The notes below the pieces were generated by a model. It was not told the DNA's origin, did no database searches, and saw nothing but the letters and a program-made list of their open reading frames with translations. Positions 17,913 to 27,179 of a stretch of 54,501 nt of DNA are shown here, one piece after another. Source of the stretch: a virus (taxonomy: Duplodnaviria > Caudoviricetes); IMG/VR virus record IMGVR_UViG_3300018757_000023, positions 1-54,501 of that record; one strand, 5' to 3'. A program made the translations under genes and the position numbers. Within the stretch, counting starts at the first letter, position 1, and every line of letters starts with the position of its first letter.

Positions 17913-18080
17913 ATGGCAAAGGCAGTGGTATTCAGCGTGGTTCTTGAATCGCCCCTAAAACTCGAAATAGGCGATCAAGTAACCTTTGAAGGAAAGAAAT
18001 TAATTGTTACTAAGATTAGAAAGGTCGAATACATTACGAGCCGATTGGTTTCTGTGCTAGGGAACGGAAAGGCAATTTAA
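17913..18080 (+). CDS. Small beta-rich hypothetical protein (55 aa; not in ORF track)
   Basis: Read from sequence: MAKAVVFSVVLESPLKLEIGDQV...KAI*; exactly fills one cassette. Confidence 0.6.
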   Translation: MAKAVVFSVVLESPLKLEIGDQVTFEGKKLIVTKIRKVEYITSRLVSVLGNGKAI

Positions 18081-18114
18081 CATTTCATTACGTTTGTATC
18101 CAGGAGGGACGTTT

Positions 18115-18354
18115 ATGACAGAGATCGTTTTAAATCTCAATGAGAGCCAGCGCTTCCTGATAGAAGACCCGGACAGTGTAGCAGTGATTATGGTTGATCA
18201 AGTAACCATTCATCCGGTTGCAAATCAAATCGTTTATAGTGGCTACTCATTCGATGTCGATTTCGAAAAAATGGATTTTACAAGCAAACGAAAAGTTCAG
18301 ATGGTACTGAACACCAAAACGGAAGCAGTATTTGGCGAGGAGGACGGTGCATGA
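18115..18354 (+). CDS. Hypothetical protein
   Basis: AGGAGG RBS. Confidence 0.6.
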   Translation: MTEIVLNLNESQRFLIEDPDSVAVIMVDQVTIHPVANQIVYSGYSFDVDFEKMDFTSKRKVQMVLNTKTEAVFGEEDGA

Positions 18355-18833
18355 AAGCCATCACCATTCACCAGCCTTGGGCTACGCTGATTGCTCTTGG
18401 AGAGAAACGGTTTGAAACGAGAGGCTGGCCGACCAAGTACCGCGGCCGCATCGCGATTCACGCCGCCAAGAAAGTGGACAAGGAGATTTGCCAGCAAGAA
18501 CCTTTCCGCAGCGTTCTTGCAAAATACGGATATACAGCAGACAGCTTGCCGACAGGGGCCATCGTCGCCACATGCGAACTTGCGGAATGCTGGAAATGGG
18601 ATGACAGAGACGGCGTTCTGCTTCGCATCAAGCCAATCATCGAATATGATGCGATCGGCCAAGTCACAAATCACTTGGAAATCAGCAACAAGGAAAAGGC
18701 TTTTGGATGGTACGGGGCCGAACGCTTTGCATGGGAACTGGCCGACGTCCAGCAGTTCGCGGAGCCTGTGCCAGCAAAAGGCCAGCAAGGACTATGGAAT
18801 TGGGGAGGGGAACGGGATGCAAGCAGGACGTGA
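18351..18833 (+). CDS. ASCH domain protein
   Basis: MKAITIHQPWA.LI..G.K..ETR.W...YRG.IAIHA; P.PAKG.QGLW. Confidence 0.9.
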   Translation: MKAITIHQPWATLIALGEKRFETRGWPTKYRGRIAIHAAKKVDKEICQQEPFRSVLAKYGYTADSLPTGAIVATCELAECWKWDDRDGVLLRIKPIIEYDAIGQVTNHLEISNKEKAFGWYGAERFAWELADVQQFAEPVPAKGQQGLWNWGGERDASRT

Positions 18834-19245
18834 TGCAGAAAAAGACCTTGCGATGTGTGAGGCAGCTACAGACGGACCATGGCATACACAACCGGACGGT
18901 AGATACTCGCTGGCTATTGTTAGCGTTCCTGAGCAAGAAGTGATTTGCTTCACAGATAGCTTTGGTGATGGCGTGCATGATGGACAATTCATAGCGGAAT
19001 CACGAACTGCACTTCCGCATTGGATCCAGCGAGCGTTGGCTGCAGAGGAAAAGCTGAAATGGGTAAGCAAGGACGCTACAGAAATGCACGACGACTGGAT
19101 TGATTCGTCAGCAAGGGCTACGGCTGCTGCAACTGAGATTGAACGCCTCCAATACGTAGCTGAGTCGCTATATCAAATCATCCAGCGTGGGGACTTGACT
19201 TCATCGGATATGGCGGAGGCAGAACGGATATACGTTGGCACTTAA
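18817..19245 (+). CDS. Hypothetical phage protein (Ead/Ea22-like)
   Basis: AAT.GPW...D..FIA..R..LP pattern. Confidence 0.6.
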   Translation: MQAGRDAEKDLAMCEAATDGPWHTQPDGRYSLAIVSVPEQEVICFTDSFGDGVHDGQFIAESRTALPHWIQRALAAEEKLKWVSKDATEMHDDWIDSSARATAAATEIERLQYVAESLYQIIQRGDLTSSDMAEAERIYVGT

Positions 19246-19277
19246 CATAAGAGAAATTGTGATGAGGAGGAGTATCG

Positions 19278-19793
19278 ATGAGCAAGGTATTTAAAATCAA
19301 GCCAGATACAAAAGAATGGGAGTTGTTTCATAAACTCTGGACGTTTGAGGATGTTTGGAGAGAAAAGATGGGCGATATCGAAAAATTACTTGGGTGCAGC
19401 GTAGATAGAAACCTTGCTGTAAATACACATACACTCCTGATGAAAAATCCACCAGAGCATTTACGTGACCAATTCTCAAAAAGAGCAGACAAAGAGGGTT
19501 TCTATAGGGCAAAAAGCAAGTCAGCTATCCAGAAACAATGGACTGACTTCTGCAAGGTCTATAACCTGGAGGCATTTACACCATACGATTTAATTTGGAG
19601 GTTGGGCTTACCCTCTATTGAGGACATGAATGCGTTCAAATCCTTTTATCCGCTGATGGAAGGGGATTACTATTTCGAATTGAGAGAAGGGAAGAATTGG
19701 AGTGGCTACAGTTGGGCAATTGAAGTCGATGAACCCAGTTTCCTAAGGATCAAGGCAAATTGGCTGGAGGAAAAGAACAAGCAATCTGCTTAA
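19278..19793 (+). CDS. Hypothetical protein (single-gene cassette)
   Basis: GAGGAGG RBS; bounded by two cassette sites. Confidence 0.7.
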   Translation: MSKVFKIKPDTKEWELFHKLWTFEDVWREKMGDIEKLLGCSVDRNLAVNTHTLLMKNPPEHLRDQFSKRADKEGFYRAKSKSAIQKQWTDFCKVYNLEAFTPYDLIWRLGLPSIEDMNAFKSFYPLMEGDYYFELREGKNWSGYSWAIEVDEPSFLRIKANWLEEKNKQSA

Positions 19794-19826
19794 CAAAATA
19801 TTTCGGGAGTATAGGAGGGAGCAAGT

Positions 19827-20351
19827 GTGACAAAAGACCAAAAGAAAGTGAATGTTAAGATCAAGAAGCTTCACCCAGATGCGGTGACCCCACAATATGC
19901 ACGGGAACTGGATGCTGGCTTCGACCTGGTTGCCGTGGAGGATACGCTGATCTACCCAGGAGAGAGTGTAAAGGTGCGAACTGGATTGGCGATAGCGCTG
20001 CCGCCTGGTTATGAGCTGCAGGTCAGGCCGCGGTCGGGAGTGAGTAATAAGACAAAACTGCGAATCAGCAACTCGCCAGGGACTGTAGATGCCGGATATC
20101 GTGGAGAGGTATGCGTATTGATGGACAATATCTCTCAATATCCAGTACCTAATGTCAATGAGCCAATACTCATAAACGGGAAGAACGTTAGAGGTGAGAA
20201 TGTTAAATCAGGAGTCTATATCATCCGCAAAGGCGACCGCATCGCCCAAGGTGTACTGGCTGCAGTGCCGATAGCACAGTTCGAAGTAGTTGACGAGCTA
20301 GACGATACAGAGCGCGGCAGTGGAGGATTCGGCAGCTCAGGAATTAACTGA
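19827..20351 (+). CDS. dut: Trimeric dUTPase
   Basis: AGFDL, RPRSG, GTVDAGYRGE, GDRIAQ and RGSGGFGSSG motifs. Confidence 0.95.
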   Translation: MTKDQKKVNVKIKKLHPDAVTPQYARELDAGFDLVAVEDTLIYPGESVKVRTGLAIALPPGYELQVRPRSGVSNKTKLRISNSPGTVDAGYRGEVCVLMDNISQYPVPNVNEPILINGKNVRGENVKSGVYIIRKGDRIAQGVLAAVPIAQFEVVDELDDTERGSGGFGSSGIN

Positions 20352-20371
20352 TAGAAATAGGGGGATGGGAT

Positions 20372-20662
20372 ATGCCGGAGAAACCGACCTTCCAAGAAAT
20401 CGGCACCGAGCTTGGTGCATTCATTGACGATAGACAAGTAAGATATGGAAACTCATTTGAAAAATGCGGGGAGTTTCTAAAACTACTGTATCCTAGTGGA
20501 ATTCAACCGGAGCAGTACACGGACATGCTGGCAATTGTGCGGATCTTTGATAAACAAATGCGGTTAGCAACAGGAAAGAATGACGATGGCGAAACACCGT
20601 ACAAGGACATTGCTGGATATGGCTTGCTGGGATGGATGAAGGACGAAAAAGCTAAACAGTAA
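20372..20662 (+). CDS. Nucleotide-modification-associated (DUF1599-like) small protein
   Basis: YGNSF...RI.DK..R.......E...DIAGY pattern. Confidence 0.6.
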   Translation: MPEKPTFQEIGTELGAFIDDRQVRYGNSFEKCGEFLKLLYPSGIQPEQYTDMLAIVRIFDKQMRLATGKNDDGETPYKDIAGYGLLGWMKDEKAKQ

Positions 20663-20675
20663 CGGAGGGGATAGC

Positions 20676-21158
20676 TTGACTGTGATAGACAACTTCGGTC
20701 ACACATATGGCGAACTTGTCGCTGAAATCGATATGTTGGAAGCCAGGAAGAATGATTTGCTCACAGAAAGGCGATTTCTCCTGAAAAGCATGAATTCAAC
20801 CGCACCAAAGGGAATGGGCGCAGTTGATTACTCCAAAGATCGAGTGCAATCGAATTTCGTTCCATACACGTTGGATCGCATTGTGGAACGGATGAACAAG
20901 ATCGATACCATGATTGAACAAGTGGATGAACAACTCAAGGCAAAGCGCGAGACACTGAACAAAGTGGAGAGTGTATTATCGCAATTGGACGGTCTTGATT
21001 ACAAGGTTGCGTTTATGCGGGACAAGCTGAATATGCGACTGAATGAGATTGCTGAAAAACTGGGATATAGTTACGATCATATCCGGCGTGTATCAAGTAG
21101 AATACAAAAGATGCCACATCGATGCCACAGACAGCCTAAAATTTCTAGTGTAAACTAG
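20676..21158 (+). CDS. Late-gene transcriptional activator (ArpU/RinA/sigma-region-4-like)
   Basis: Coiled coil then L.EIAEKLGYSYDHIRRV HTH; position just upstream of packaging genes. Confidence 0.7.
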   Translation: MTVIDNFGHTYGELVAEIDMLEARKNDLLTERRFLLKSMNSTAPKGMGAVDYSKDRVQSNFVPYTLDRIVERMNKIDTMIEQVDEQLKAKRETLNKVESVLSQLDGLDYKVAFMRDKLNMRLNEIAEKLGYSYDHIRRVSSRIQKMPHRCHRQPKISSVN

Positions 21159-21314
21159 GATATAGGTCGAGGTAAAGGGAAATATCCTGGAGCCTGAATT
21201 GAAGAGGGATCGGGGCTATCCCGGTCGGCTCCCGCATATGATCGATTCCGCCGGGTGCGATGGCACAAGACGCGCCTTATACTGGTTGGCGGATAGATGG
21301 GGGCTATACAAAGC

Positions 21315-21352
21315 GAAAAGCCATTCGGAAAATACCGGGTGGCTTTTCCATT
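21315..21352 (+). terminator. Intrinsic terminator-like hairpin
   Basis: GAAAAGCCATTCGG / CCGGGTGGCTTTTC. Confidence 0.55.
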
Positions 21353-21369
21353 TGAGGGAGGAATCCATA

Positions 21370-21651
21370 TTGCTGGAGAAATGGCAATGTCACAAATGCG
21401 AAATAGGCTTTCTGTTGATCGCAGAGGAGACAAAAGACAAGAAGGTACATTGCCCTTTCTGCGGCAGTAAGGAGCATGCGGAGGCGGTAACATGGCAGAA
21501 CCCAGAAGTTGACTATGAAAGCGAAATGGGCTGTCTGTGGCCTGGGTATAACAAGCTCGATAAGTTAGCTCATCAGATGAGGGTCGGACAAATATCTCAC
21601 TCTGAGGGAATCGAGTATCTCACTACTAGGTTTCGAGGCAAAAGGATATGA
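21370..21651 (+). CDS. Zn-ribbon hypothetical protein
   Basis: QCHKC...HCPFCG; GGGAGG RBS. Confidence 0.6.
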   Translation: MLEKWQCHKCEIGFLLIAEETKDKKVHCPFCGSKEHAEAVTWQNPEVDYESEMGCLWPGYNKLDKLAHQMRVGQISHSEGIEYLTTRFRGKRI

Positions 21652-21830
21652 CGGGGTTCGGGATCAGCTGCATCGTTGTGTTCGTTCTGGGAATGGTCGG
21701 AGCAGCCGTGTATGACACATGGAAGTGGCGTGTATCCAAAACAAAACAATGCCAACACATGTACTGGATAGATGGCGACGAAGAGTTGTTTTGCATTCAT
21801 TGCGGGGTGAAGAGAAATGACAAACGTTAA
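21648..21830 (+). CDS. Small membrane protein with Cys/His tail
   Basis: N-terminal TM; CQH...CIHCG. Confidence 0.5.
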   Translation: MTGFGISCIVVFVLGMVGAAVYDTWKWRVSKTKQCQHMYWIDGDEELFCIHCGVKRNDKR

Positions 21831-22148
21831 AATCACAATGCCAACCAAAGACGGGAAGCTCGTTGAATGGGAAGATTGTGTGCAGGCATATAGGGAGAAA
21901 GAGAAGATTAGATGGGGGAAGAAAAGTCGTGCGCTTCTATCTGCCAACAGAACCGATGAAACAACGGTTCAAAAAGGGGAAGTTTTGGCGATTTAGCCCA
22001 GATGAAATACACTTCCGAGACGATCCTAACGACATCGGAAGGGACATCAGGACTTTGGGATATAAACCACACTCTCATCCTTGGGGAAGAAAGCCGATGT
22101 GGAGAGCAAAGCGCAAGAGGCGAAAAAGGATAGAGAGAGGTGGTTGTA

Positions 22149-22496
22149 ATGAGTATCTTGAAGGAATTGATGTGGTATGTAAAATCTGACATCGAGCTAA
22201 AATACACAACCTGTTGGTATAGAGAAGATGGGTTGGTGGAAAAGATTGATGGGTTCAGATTTTATTCAAAAAGACCATTTTCGAGATCGTATCAATACTG
22301 CGGAACCATTGGTCTTGAAAACACCTATAGCATTTTGTCCGTTCTGCAGCAAGCGAGGAAAGAGCGCAAAAAAGCTGTACTGTTTGAAATTAGAGTTGGG
22401 TTAGGGGTAGAGAGATTGCACATTTGGAAAGGTAGCTTCAAAAAGGCAGAAGAACAACTTTTCTGCATGATTAAAAAGATTCAAGAGCAATATTGA
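22149..22496 (+). CDS. Hypothetical protein
   Basis: GAGGTG RBS. Confidence 0.55.
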   Translation: MSILKELMWYVKSDIELKYTTCWYREDGLVEKIDGFRFYSKRPFSRSYQYCGTIGLENTYSILSVLQQARKERKKAVLFEIRVGLGVERLHIWKGSFKKAEEQLFCMIKKIQEQY

Positions 22497-22576
22497 GCAA
22501 TGTCTATTGGGAAATTGTAAGTATAGAGGGAATCTCTTCCTTATGTCGAAGTGTGACGGAGGAGGAGGTGAGCGAT

Positions 22577-22879
22577 ATGGCTCAATTTCGTAATCTTAAC
22601 GATTTAAGTAAACATTTGCAAAAGAAGGTCAAAGAAGCTTCTGGGAATGTCAGCATATCTGAATTACTCAATGATGCATTTATGCAAAAGTACACAGACT
22701 TTGAGAACTCACAAGAATTTTTCGATAAGAGCCCATTCAAATTTGAAACACAGGAAGAGTGGGATCAAATCGATGAGAAAGAAAAAGATGATTATGTAAA
22801 AATTCATACAAGATTCGATACATGGAATGAAATGCTTCAGAAGGCAGCACAAGAGTATTTTGCACGTCTATTTAAATAG
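22577..22879 (+). CDS. Moron-like conserved hypothetical protein
   Basis: GGAGGAGGTG RBS, SigH-like promoter upstream, hairpin AGCACC..CGGTGCT+T-run downstream. Confidence 0.7.
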   Translation: MAQFRNLNDLSKHLQKKVKEASGNVSISELLNDAFMQKYTDFENSQEFFDKSPFKFETQEEWDQIDEKEKDDYVKIHTRFDTWNEMLQKAAQEYFARLFK

Positions 22880-22939
22880 CACCCACGCGGTGCTTTTTCT
22901 TTTGTAATTCAACTCAAACGACGGTGGTGGTGATGCCAT

Positions 22940-23386
22940 GTGAAACTAACGGAGAAACAAAAGAAGTTTGCTGATTATTACATTGAAACAGGCAATGCGA
23001 CAGAGGCTTATAGGCGTGCTGGTTACACAGGAAAAGGAAATGTAGCAGAAGCAGCTGCAAGCAGACTGTTAAGCAATGTTAAGGTTAGGGAATACGTCGA
23101 CAAAATAATTGCTGAAAAAGACAGCAATCGAATCGCCAAGCAAGACGAAATACTTGAGTTCTTAACAAGTGTATTGCGCGGGCAAGTGAAAGAACAGTTT
23201 CCGCTTGGTTTAGGTATGGGCGAACAAGCTCTCGTCAAAAAGGAACTGGATGGCAAGGATCGTATCAAAGCTGCAGAACTGCTTGGAAAACGATATGCAA
23301 TGTGGACAGATAAGCAGCAGGTAGACAGCAACGTAGCCGTTCAAATCATCGACGATATCGGAAGTGGCGATGATGAAACGGATTAA
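22940..23386 (+). CDS. terS: Terminase small subunit
   Basis: KLTEKQKKFADYYI..GNATEA..RAGY, RLL.NVKV, DRIKAAELLGKR. Confidence 0.92.
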   Translation: MKLTEKQKKFADYYIETGNATEAYRRAGYTGKGNVAEAAASRLLSNVKVREYVDKIIAEKDSNRIAKQDEILEFLTSVLRGQVKEQFPLGLGMGEQALVKKELDGKDRIKAAELLGKRYAMWTDKQQVDSNVAVQIIDDIGSGDDETD

Positions 23387-24638
23387 GCTATCCCAAATCA
23401 TTACGCCGAAGTTCCAGTCATTCTGGAAAGCATCAAATTCGCGTAAATACCTGCGGCATGTCCTAAAAGGTGGCCGCGCGTCGTCTAAATCTACGCATGT
23501 GGCTCTGAAATTGATCAAAGACATGATGAAGTACCCAGTTACAACCCTGTGTATCAGGAAGGTAGCCAGGACGCTTGAAGAATCAGTTTTTGAGCAATTG
23601 AAAGAAGCTATCGACATGCTTGGAGTCTCCGATTATTGGCGTGTTGTTAAAAGCCCTCTGCAACTCGTCTATTTGCCACGCGGTAACAAGATCATATTTC
23701 GTGGCGCTGACGATCCAATGAAGATCAAATCAATCAAGGTGAGTAAGTTCCCAATCGCTTTCTTATGGATTGAAGAATTGGCTGAATTCAAAACTGAAGA
23801 AGAAATCTCGACCATCGAAAATTCTGTGTTGCGTGCAGAATTGCCGGATGGTCTTTTTTATGCGTTTTATTACAGCTACAACCCGCCGAAACGAAAACAA
23901 TCATGGGTGAACAAGAAGTACGAATCACACATGATTCCAGCCAATACATTCGTTCATCACTCTACTTATCTGGATAATCCGCACATATCAAAGGCGTTTG
24001 TGGAAGAGGCCGAACACGTGAAGGTGACAAAGCCGGATAAGTACAAGTGGGAATATCTTGGTCAAGCGATCGGTTCCGGTGTCGTGCCGTTTGAAAACCT
24101 GGTATTCAGGCGAATCACAGACGAGGAAATGAAGTCGTTCGACAACATCAGGCAGGGCGTTGACTTTGGGTATGGTCCAGACCCGTATACATTCGTCAGG
24201 TGGCACTATGACAAGACCAGACGGCGCATTTATGCGTTGGATGAACACTACGGGCAGAAGATTAGCAACCGAGAAGCAGCAAAGTGGATTAAGGAGAAGG
24301 GATACCAAACCGTACAAACCACAGCTGATAGCGCAGAGCCTAAATCAATTGATGAACTGAAAGAATACGGCATCCGCATTAAGGGAGCTAAGAAAGGTCC
24401 TGACTCAGTGCAATATGGCGAGGAATGGCTGGACAATCTAGAGGAAATCGTAATCGATCCAGAACGAACACCAAACATTGCTAGAGAGTTTGAGAACATC
24501 GACTACGCAACAGATGCTGACGGAAATCCGAAAGCAAGATTGGAAGACAAAGACAACCATACAATCGACGCAACGAGATATGCCTTTGAAGGCGATATGA
24601 AGAAATCCGGTGTCTGGTTCCCGGATGAAAGGAGGTAA
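23370..24638 (+). CDS. terL: Terminase large subunit, PBSX family
   Basis: GGRASSKS Walker A, WIEE, YNPP, DFG, ADSAEP, NH.IDA.RY. Confidence 0.95.
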   Translation: MMKRIKLSQIITPKFQSFWKASNSRKYLRHVLKGGRASSKSTHVALKLIKDMMKYPVTTLCIRKVARTLEESVFEQLKEAIDMLGVSDYWRVVKSPLQLVYLPRGNKIIFRGADDPMKIKSIKVSKFPIAFLWIEELAEFKTEEEISTIENSVLRAELPDGLFYAFYYSYNPPKRKQSWVNKKYESHMIPANTFVHHSTYLDNPHISKAFVEEAEHVKVTKPDKYKWEYLGQAIGSGVVPFENLVFRRITDEEMKSFDNIRQGVDFGYGPDPYTFVRWHYDKTRRRIYALDEHYGQKISNREAAKWIKEKGYQTVQTTADSAEPKSIDELKEYGIRIKGAKKGPDSVQYGEEWLDNLEEIVIDPERTPNIAREFENIDYATDADGNPKARLEDKDNHTIDATRYAFEGDMKKSGVWFPDERR

Positions 24639-24642
24639 AGGC

Positions 24643-26148
24643 GTGGGCTTTTTAGATCCAAACATATTCGATAATAACCCTCAAGAGCAGATCGACAGCA
24701 TCATCCTAAAGGGCAAGCAATCAGCCATGAAGGTTGAAGAGATCATCAACCAGGAAGTCAGCGAGTGGGAGCAATCGGAAAAACGCAAATGGATGCTCAT
24801 TGGCGAAAGGTATTACCGTAACAAGACGGACATTCTGGATAGAGAGAGAAAAGCAGTTGGACCTAGTGGAAGTTTGGAGCCTGTACCCAACCTCGCAAAC
24901 AATAAGCTCGCCAATGCGTTTACCCGAAAGCTCGTTGATCAAAAGGTGGGTTATCTACTGGGCAAACCTCTAAGTGTACAGACAGACAAGGATGAGTACG
25001 CCGATGCTCTCAACGTTTTTTTTGATAAAGCCATGATGCGCAGACTGCAATCACTTGGTAAAGAGGCAGTCAACAAGGGTATCGCGTGGCTACATCCGTA
25101 TTATGACGAAAACGGGGTTCTGAGCTTCAAGAAGATGAGGTCAGAGGAAATCATACCACTTTGGCGTGACGCTGCTCATACGATCCTGGATGCTGTAATA
25201 AGGGTGTATGAGGTTGAAGAATTCGAGGGTACGCAACGTAAAACAATCAAGAAGTTCGAGTGGTGGGATACAAACGGGGTTCGTCGCTTTACGAACAGCA
25301 ATGCCGGATTTGTTCCTGACGTGGAAGCAGGCGAAATAGGGGGACACTTTAGCGTTATTTCAGGCGGCAAAGAGATCCAAATGAGTTGGCAGAGAGTGCC
25401 GTTCATCGCTTTCAAATACAACGAAGAAGAGCAGCCTCTTATCGAGATCATTAAAAGCCTTGTGGATGACTACGACAACCGCAAGAGTGATAACGCGAAC
25501 AACCTGGAGGATTTGCCGAACAGCATCTATGTAGTCAAAAACTATGACGGAACAAATGCGGCGGAGTTCCGGAAAAACATTGCGACCTATCGCACAGCAT
25601 TCGTATCTGGAGACGGCGGCCTTGATTCGGTTGGAATCGAAATCGACACAGAAGCTTTCCGAACACACATGGAAATGGCCCGGAAAGATATTTTTGAATT
25701 TGGTCGAGGGGTACTATTCGATGTAGACAAATTTTCTAGCGCTCCGTCAGGTGAGGCACTCAAGTATATGTATGCAGACCTCGACATGGATGCAAACATG
25801 ATGGAGACGGAGTTTCAAGCCTCTCTCGAGCAATTGCGCTGGTTTATTGATGTACATCTGGACAATGCCACCGGCAACGATTATTCCAAAGAACGAGTGG
25901 ACTTTATCTTTAACCGCGACATGATTGTCAACGAGTCGCAAGTCATCACTGACATCAGAAACAGTATGGGAATCTTGTCAGAGGAAACGTTGGTTGCAAA
26001 TCATCCATGGGTGACAGACGTACAAGATGAGATGGATCGCAAAGAAAAACAACTCGACAGGCAACTTGAGGATTTGCCTACCTATGGCATGTTAGGGAAC
26101 GAAAGCGACCCTGGAGCGCAGGGGACGAATCGGGATGAGACCGAATGA
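24643..26148 (+). CDS. Portal protein, SPP1 gp6 family
   Basis: LVDQKVGYL.G, VPFI.F..N, SG.ALK..Y..LD motifs; position. Confidence 0.92.
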   Translation: MGFLDPNIFDNNPQEQIDSIILKGKQSAMKVEEIINQEVSEWEQSEKRKWMLIGERYYRNKTDILDRERKAVGPSGSLEPVPNLANNKLANAFTRKLVDQKVGYLLGKPLSVQTDKDEYADALNVFFDKAMMRRLQSLGKEAVNKGIAWLHPYYDENGVLSFKKMRSEEIIPLWRDAAHTILDAVIRVYEVEEFEGTQRKTIKKFEWWDTNGVRRFTNSNAGFVPDVEAGEIGGHFSVISGGKEIQMSWQRVPFIAFKYNEEEQPLIEIIKSLVDDYDNRKSDNANNLEDLPNSIYVVKNYDGTNAAEFRKNIATYRTAFVSGDGGLDSVGIEIDTEAFRTHMEMARKDIFEFGRGVLFDVDKFSSAPSGEALKYMYADLDMDANMMETEFQASLEQLRWFIDVHLDNATGNDYSKERVDFIFNRDMIVNESQVITDIRNSMGILSEETLVANHPWVTDVQDEMDRKEKQLDRQLEDLPTYGMLGNESDPGAQGTNRDETE

Positions 26149-27179
26149 AATCTTCAACATACTGGCAGAAACGCTCTGAGCAGATCCACAACGAGCAATT
26201 CCGCAAGACAGACAAATACATTGACACAACTCTAAAACGCGAATACGACCGCGCTATGAGGTCTATACAGCGTGAGATCGAGGTGTTCTATCAGCGATTT
26301 TCCGTAAACAACGAAATCAACCTAGCAGATGCGCGCAAGTTGCTGAATAGCGACCAGTTGAAAGAGTTCAAGATGTCGCTTGAGGAATTCACCGAGCTCG
26401 CTAAGAACAATCCAGACGGGCGATGGACGCAAATACTCAACAATGTGTACTACAAGGTGCGTGTTACACGTCTCCAAGCCCTGCAGATACAGATTGAGGG
26501 AGCCATACAGGGCGTAAACGTAAAACAAAACGGGCAGATGACAGGATTGCTGGAGGATGTATATACCGACACGTATTACCGGACAATCTTCGAAGTGCAA
26601 AAAGGGATTTCTATCGGCGCGTCTTTCGCCAAGGTAGAAAACGTCAAGCAGATCGTTCAGCGTCCTTGGTTGGAGGAAAACTACTCAAAGCGAATATGGA
26701 AGGATAACAGCAGGCTTGTCCAACAGCTTCAGACACAGCTAACACAGGCAATCATTCGTGGTGATAGCATCGACTACACAGCCAAGGTCATCGCAGAACG
26801 AATGGGAGTTGGCTACAGAGCCGCGCAACGGCTTGTGAGGACAGAAGCTAGCCATATTCAGAACGAAGCCTCTTTTGACGCCTACAGGGCTTCTGGCGTG
26901 GTGAAGAAATACGAGTTCTTAGCAACGCTTGATAGCCGGACAAGCTCTATCTGCAGGTCGATGGATAACATGGTATTCCCACTGTCTGAGAAAGAGATTG
27001 GCGTGAACTTTCCGCCGCTGCACAGTAATTGTAGATCAACGACCGTCCCTTACTTTGATGATGAAATAGACCCTGGAGAACGGATTGCTCGAGATTCAAA
27101 GGGGACGTATTACGTACCGGGAGACATAAGTTATCGAGATTGGCTTGAAAAACACGTAGGGGAGGAAGGCGCTGAATAG
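26145..27179 (+). CDS. Minor head protein (SPP1 gp7/MuF)
   Basis: RLVRTE, ATLD.RTS..C, PPLH.NCRS. Confidence 0.9.
   Translation: MKSSTYWQKRSEQIHNEQFRKTDKYIDTTLKREYDRAMRSIQREIEVFYQRFSVNNEINLADARKLLNSDQLKEFKMSLEEFTELAKNNPDGRWTQILNNVYYKVRVTRLQALQIQIEGAIQGVNVKQNGQMTGLLEDVYTDTYYRTIFEVQKGISIGASFAKVENVKQIVQRPWLEENYSKRIWKDNSRLVQQLQTQLTQAIIRGDSIDYTAKVIAERMGVGYRAAQRLVRTEASHIQNEASFDAYRASGVVKKYEFLATLDSRTSSICRSMDNMVFPLSEKEIGVNFPPLHSNCRSTTVPYFDDEIDPGERIARDSKGTYYVPGDISYRDWLEKHVGEEGAE

Larger units (their letters stand above)
13985..19812. repeat. Array of ten dif-like 22-bp sites delimiting nine gene cassettes
   Basis: 8-6-8 sites at 13985, 15361, 15643, 16094, 16909, 17360, 17875, 18078, 19243 and 19791, all at gene boundaries (see findings). 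Confidence 0.7.

Noticed and set aside
18391-18816. N-terminal extension of the 284-aa ORF overlapping ASCH
   Set aside because: Shadow frame; a good RBS supports a start at 18817
13985-19812. Interpretation as a CRISPR array or classical integron attC sites
   Set aside because: Repeats are short and degenerate, intervals are gene-sized, and there are no cas genes and no long attC-type hairpins
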